From a virus (taxonomy: Duplodnaviria; Heunggongvirae; Uroviricota; Caudoviricetes), in IMG/VR virus record IMGVR_UViG_2531839486_000010: a DNA stretch of 4,823 nucleotides; one strand, 5' to 3'. The position numbers and the translations under genes are program-made. The notes beneath the pieces are model-generated. The model saw nothing but the letters and a program-made list of their open reading frames with translations, did not search any database and was not told the origin of the DNA. Below, in pieces: positions 1 to 4,823 of this stretch; the first letter of the stretch is position 1; every line of letters starts with the position of its first letter.

Positions 1-2325
1 AAAAGCAGCCACATGCGCGGCGGTTAAAGTGATATCAGTAGAACCATCAAATGGAACACCGGATATTTTTCTTGCAGTCTGAAGTTTTGTAGCAGTTGCA
101 GCATTACCAGTGGTGTTCTGATTACCCGTAGTGTTTACACCTGGAAGGTTAATATTTGCAGAACCGTCGAAAACAACTCCACCGATAGATCTTGCCGTCT
201 GCAATTTCGTGGCTGTACTTGCATTACCATTCAATGAACCAGTTAATCCACCTGTAACAGACAACGGACCTGAAACTGTTCCTCCGGTTGTTGGCAGTGC
301 TCCAATATCTGATGGTGTAGGTTTCTGATGTGAGCTATACATCGTATAAACAACACCATAGGTAACGCTGGAAGGCTTACTCGCTGAATATGTTGGCGAG
401 GTATAAACAGAAACTGACGCATTTGCAGTACAATCCCAATGGATATTTACACTCGTCGCATAATTGCCAATCTCAACGTAAATATCATATGTATCGCCGG
501 ATGTGTTGATCCAGGCGAAATTCGTTAATCCGACGGCTGTACGCTTCCACAAAGCCCCGGTAATTCCTTTGGGGTTTCCATTGCCTGCTCGTAGAACCAG
601 TTCTGAAATGCCTGCCTGATGTGGGGAACCGACGTTGTAACCAGCGCCACCAATCAATGCGATGTAAACGATGGAACTCGCTTGTGGCATGGTAACCGTA
701 GCCAGTTTGAACCACCCAGCCCCGCCAGAGAAAGACATCGTTACTGAATTTAAAGTACCAATATCTTTCGGCGTTAATGTTATATCCGCAGTCAATGCTT
801 TTCCGTTAACTTTTCGGTTAGATGGCACCCTGCTATTCGCATTGTCATTGGCTGCTTTAACTGCTTTTGGCGTTGCGGCCAGCGATTCACTGGTGCTATC
901 AACAGCACTGCTAAGTTTCACAACACCTTTAGTTGTAAGGCTTGCGTCTTCCATCGCAACTGCACCGGCAATCTCTTCAGCACGATCAGCAGCAGCTTCC
1001 GCACGGGTCGCAGCGGATTCAGCAGCAGTTTTGCTCTGAGATGCTGCCGTCGCACTGCCTGCCGCCTCTGTTGCTTTCGTGGATGCCGTCGTGGCGCTGC
1101 CCTTCGCTGCTGACGCCTGTCTGGTCGCCTCATCTTTTGAAGCAGACGCAGATGATGCCGATGACGCTGCCGAACTGGCGGACGATGCGGCTGCCGTTTT
1201 TGAGGATTCTGCACGGGTTTCCGACGCTTTCGCATTCGTTTCGGATGTCTTCGCTGCGGAAGCAGACCTCGCTGCTGCGCTGGCCTGTACAGCGGCTTCG
1301 CCAGCCTTCGTTGTGGCTGTTGAAGCGGACGATGCAGCACTTTCTGCCGATTTTCCGGCGGCGGTGGCACTGGCTGAGGCCTGCCCGGCACTTGTTGACG
1401 CGGCACTGGCAGACGACGCAGCCGCTGTTTTTGAGCCTGCCGCAGCTGAGGCACTCTGTCCCGCTGCCGTTTCAGAAGACCTGGCGTTCGTCTCGGACGT
1501 CTTTGCCGCCTTCGCGGAATTTCCTGCCGCCGTTGCCGAGGAAGCGGCACTACTGGCGCTTGATGATGCGTTCGTTTCTGATGATTTCGCTGCCTCTTTT
1601 GAGGCCGCCGCATCCCGGGCTGAGGTGGCAGCTTCTGACGCCTTTGTGGTCGCGGCGGATGCAGAAGTGGCTGCTGATTGTTGTGACGCTGCCGCATTCG
1701 TTTCTGACGTTTTCGCGGCACTGGCACTGGTAGCTGCCGCGCTTTTTGAGGACTCTGCAGCGGCAGCACTTTTTGATGCTTCAGTGGCCTTTGTTGATGC
1801 CGTTCCTGCGCTGGAAGTCGCTGACTGAGCCGACGACGCGGCCTGTCCGGCTGACGTGCTGGCTGCGTGTGCTGAGCCTGCAGCATCAGTCGCATGGGTT
1901 GCCGCCTCACGGGCTGATGTGCTGGCATCACTGGCTGACTTCTTCGCGGCTGCCGTGTTCTGTGCCACCACGGACGCGTTACGCGCCACCTCTTCCACCA
2001 TCAGCTCAAAACGGCGCAGTGCCTCCGGACGGGCATCATCCTCAGTCATGGCACCGAGAAAATCATTCAGCGTACCGGGTCGGGAATCTTCATACACGGT
2101 AATGGTCCCGGCATGTGATGGCGGGAATCCCTCCACCAACAGAATAACGCTGTACTGACCGTACTCAACGTCCATGCTGTAACGCCCGGCTTCATCCGGA
2201 TTTTCTGAGGCAAGCGTGTTCACCACCACCGTGTTGCTGTTACGTTTTGCTTTCAGCTGGATTGTGCAGTTCTGTACCGGTTTTCCTGTGCCGTCTTTCA
2301 GTACACCTGAAATCTTTACTGCCAT
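1..2325 (-). CDS. stf: Side tail fiber protein Stf, 3'-partial: N-terminal 775 codons present, C-terminus beyond the window start
   Basis: Hand translation of the minus strand from ATG at 2325..2323 gives MAVKISGVLKDGTGKPVQNCTIQLKAKRNS..., which I recognise as the lambda Stf N-terminus. The frame is open for all 775 codons to position 1, ending ...GVPFDGSTDITLTAAHVAAF. SD-like GGGGTG lies 5 nt upstream of the ATG. Domain order: conserved N-terminal domain (aa 1-~122), Ala/Ser/Thr-rich shaft (aa ~123-450), conserved collar motif KGVVKLSSAVDSTSESLAATPKAVKAA (aa 466-492), non-repetitive domain (aa ~497-690), then two TATKLQTAR tail-fibre repeats. Not in the ORF track because no in-window stop. 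Confidence 0.9.
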   Translation of the reverse strand, partial: MAVKISGVLKDGTGKPVQNCTIQLKAKRNSNTVVVNTLASENPDEAGRYSMDVEYGQYSVILLVEGFPPSHAGTITVYEDSRPGTLNDFLGAMTEDDARPEALRRFELMVEEVARNASVVAQNTAAAKKSASDASTSAREAATHATDAAGSAHAASTSAGQAASSAQSATSSAGTASTKATEASKSAAAAESSKSAAATSASAAKTSETNAAASQQSAATSASAATTKASEAATSARDAAASKEAAKSSETNASSSASSAASSATAAGNSAKAAKTSETNARSSETAAGQSASAAAGSKTAAASSASAASTSAGQASASATAAGKSAESAASSASTATTKAGEAAVQASAAARSASAAKTSETNAKASETRAESSKTAAASSASSAASSASSASASKDEATRQASAAKGSATTASTKATEAAGSATAASQSKTAAESAATRAEAAADRAEEIAGAVAMEDASLTTKGVVKLSSAVDSTSESLAATPKAVKAANDNANSRVPSNRKVNGKALTADITLTPKDIGTLNSVTMSFSGGAGWFKLATVTMPQASSIVYIALIGGAGYNVGSPHQAGISELVLRAGNGNPKGITGALWKRTAVGLTNFAWINTSGDTYDIYVEIGNYATSVNIHWDCTANASVSVYTSPTYSASKPSSVTYGVVYTMYSSHQKPTPSDIGALPTTGGTVSGPLSVTGGLTGSLNGNASTATKLQTARSIGGVVFDGSANINLPGVNTTGNQNTTGNAATATKLQTARKISGVPFDGSTDITLTAAHVAAF
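25..231 (-). repeat. Two tandem ~40-aa phage tail fibre repeats (TATKLQTAR type) within distal stf
   Basis: Stf aa 699-727 (NGNASTATKLQTARSIGGVVFDGSANINL, nt 145..231) and aa 739-767 (TGNAATATKLQTARKISGVPFDGSTDITL, nt 25..111), about 120 nt apart. These resemble the repeat family found in T-even and lambdoid distal tail fibers. Confidence 0.75.
978..1959 (-). repeat. Low-complexity Ala/Ser/Thr-rich coding region (fiber shaft) of stf with recurring K(T/S)SETNA motifs
   Basis: Stf aa ~123-450 are dominated by A, S, T, K and E. The motif KTSETNA/KSSETNA recurs at nt 1693..1713, 1567..1587, 1483..1503 and 1231..1251, and the corresponding plus-strand DNA shows imperfect repeats of ttcgtttc(g/t)ga(c/t)g. 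GC is about 60-65% here. Confidence 0.8.
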
Positions 2326-2328
2326 ATT

Positions 2329-2334
2329 CACCCC
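2329..2334 (-). promoter_or_regulatory. Ribosome-binding site of stf
   Basis: Minus-strand GGGGUG(A) about 5 nt upstream of the stf ATG at 2325. Confidence 0.55.
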
Positions 2335-2336
2335 AC

Positions 2337-2363
2337 AAAAAAGCCCGCCTGAACCGGCGGGCT
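2337..2363 (-). terminator. Rho-independent terminator between lom and stf
   Basis: Minus-strand RNA reads AGCCCGCC-GGUUCA-GGCGGGCU followed by UUUUU: a perfect 8-bp GC-rich stem (plus-strand 2342-2349 pairing with 2356-2363), a 6-nt loop and a U-tract. It lies 26 nt after the lom stop and immediately upstream of the stf RBS. Confidence 0.8.
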
Positions 2364-2389
2364 GTCATAACACTGTGTTACCTGGCTAA

Positions 2390-2989
2390 TCAGAATTTAT
2401 AACCGACACCCACGATGAAACCGTCAGTGCGCCAGTCACCACTGCCGGAGCCTTCATAAGCAATATCAATGGCCACGGATTCGGTCGGGTTAAACTGCAC
2501 GCCAGCTCCCCACGCCAGAGAGGTGTTACTGTGGCGAGCGTCATCACTTCCGGTCAGCACGTCGTGCCTTTTTCCCTTGTTGTCAGTTACGCGGAGATAA
2601 TCCCCGGAAAAAGTCGACACACGGCTGTAAGCCACGCCTGCCATCGCATACGCGCTGAACCATTCATTCACGCGTACAGACGGCCCCGCCATCACGCTGA
2701 ACCAGCGGTTACGCACGGAATCTTCATGCCAGCGGGTATCGCTGTAACGGGTCAGCTGGCGATTCTTGTCTCCTGCATAGCTGAACGACGTCACCATCCC
2801 CAGTGTGTCCGTAAACTCATAACGGTATTTCACGTTAATCCCGTTCAGATCATCACTGCCGGGAACGTTCGTCCGGGCATGAAGATACCCCGCGCTCAGC
2901 GTGGACTGATGTTCAGACGCCCATGCAGGCGCACCGGATACGGCCAGACAAATGGCTGCGGACAAAATGGCGGCATAAAGTTTACGCAT
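2390..2989 (-). CDS. lom: Lom outer membrane protein (Ail/Lom/PagC/OmpX family beta-barrel), lysogenic conversion / virulence-associated
   Basis: 199-aa ORF starting MRKLYAAILSAAICLAVSGAPAWA (typical Sec signal peptide ending AWA) and ending ...GFIVGVGYKF (C-terminal aromatic residue typical of OM beta-barrels). Sequence and position between J and stf match lambda lom as I recall it. SD GAGAGG 5 nt upstream of ATG at 2989; TGA stop at 2390-2392. Confidence 0.93.
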   Translation of the reverse strand: MRKLYAAILSAAICLAVSGAPAWASEHQSTLSAGYLHARTNVPGSDDLNGINVKYRYEFTDTLGMVTSFSYAGDKNRQLTRYSDTRWHEDSVRNRWFSVMAGPSVRVNEWFSAYAMAGVAYSRVSTFSGDYLRVTDNKGKRHDVLTGSDDARHSNTSLAWGAGVQFNPTESVAIDIAYEGSGSGDWRTDGFIVGVGYKF

Positions 2990-2994
2990 AATTA

Positions 2995-3000
2995 CCTCTC
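2995..3000 (-). promoter_or_regulatory. Ribosome-binding site of lom
   Basis: Minus-strand GAGAGG with a 5-nt spacer (UAAUU) before the lom ATG. Confidence 0.6.
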
Positions 3001-3010
3001 GCTTTTCTGC

Positions 3011-3038
3011 AATAAAAAAGGCGTCATTTCTGACGCCC
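3011..3038 (-). terminator. Rho-independent terminator between J and lom
   Basis: Minus-strand RNA reads GGCGUCA-GAAA-UGACGCC followed by UUUUUUAUU: a 7-bp GC-rich stem (plus-strand 3020-3026 pairing with 3031-3037), a GAAA tetraloop and a U-tract. It starts 17 nt after the J stop. Confidence 0.75.
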
Positions 3039-3055
3039 GTTCTGGGTTATAAAAT

Positions 3056-4823
<1,768 letters not shown>

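Noticed and set aside
25-231. Possible diversity-generating retroelement (DGR) variable/template repeat pair at the tail-fiber 3' region
   Set aside because: The two repeats are in-frame structural units of the same protein. Their differences are mostly synonymous, not adenine-specific, and there is no reverse transcriptase or template repeat in the window.
131-715. Small ORFs: plus-strand 131..328, minus-strand 485..715 and plus-strand 671..1039
   Set aside because: They are antisense to stf or in an alternative frame, and are short and unsupported.
1079-1828. Plus-strand ORF of 249 aa, Ala/Asp-rich; also the overlapping plus-strand ORF 942..1733
   Set aside because: Both are antisense to the Ala/Ser/Thr-rich stf shaft. 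The GC-rich repetitive coding sequence lacks stop codons in several frames, and there is no RBS or recognisable protein features. Frame artefacts.
918-1931. Minus-strand ORF of 337 aa, extremely Arg/Gln/Pro-rich
   Set aside because: It is an alternative frame of stf (offset by 1 nt). The composition is implausible for a real protein and the true Stf frame is established by its recognisable N-terminus and collar motif.
978-1959. CRISPR-like or satellite repeat array
   Set aside because: The repeats are imperfect, irregularly spaced and lie within a continuous ORF. They reflect repetitive protein sequence, not a CRISPR array.
2531-3052. Plus-strand ORF of 173 aa
   Set aside because: Entirely antisense to lom and the J-lom terminator. 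No independent support.
2990-3055. Sigma70 promoter for lom in the J-lom spacer
   Set aside because: I found no convincing -35/-10 pair with proper spacing; the spacer is mostly occupied by the terminator and RBS. A promoter may exist within the 3' end of J but I cannot support it from sequence alone.

Overview
This window is the distal tail region of a lambda-like (lambdoid) phage or prophage, most likely from Escherichia/Shigella or a close enterobacterial host, with every gene on the minus strand. Reading in the direction of transcription (high to low coordinates): the 3' ~1.77 kb of the tail tip/host-specificity gene J (3056..4823, N-terminus off-window), an intrinsic terminator, the lysogenic-conversion outer-membrane protein gene lom (2390..2989), a second intrinsic terminator, and the first 775 codons of the side tail fiber gene stf (1..2325, C-terminus off-window). 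The stf frame is absent from the supplied ORF track because it has no stop codon inside the window; I translated it by hand from the ATG at 2325 to position 1 and found it open throughout. All plus-strand ORFs in the track are antisense artefacts of these three genes. I see no novel system here: this is a well-known phage module. The points worth a second look are the mosaic architecture of the tail fiber (a distal module of different composition and unknown fold), the apparently divergent receptor-binding end of J, and the terminator-insulated lom cassette. Comparisons to lambda J, lambda Stf and the K-12 Rac prophage are from memory and need alignment to confirm.
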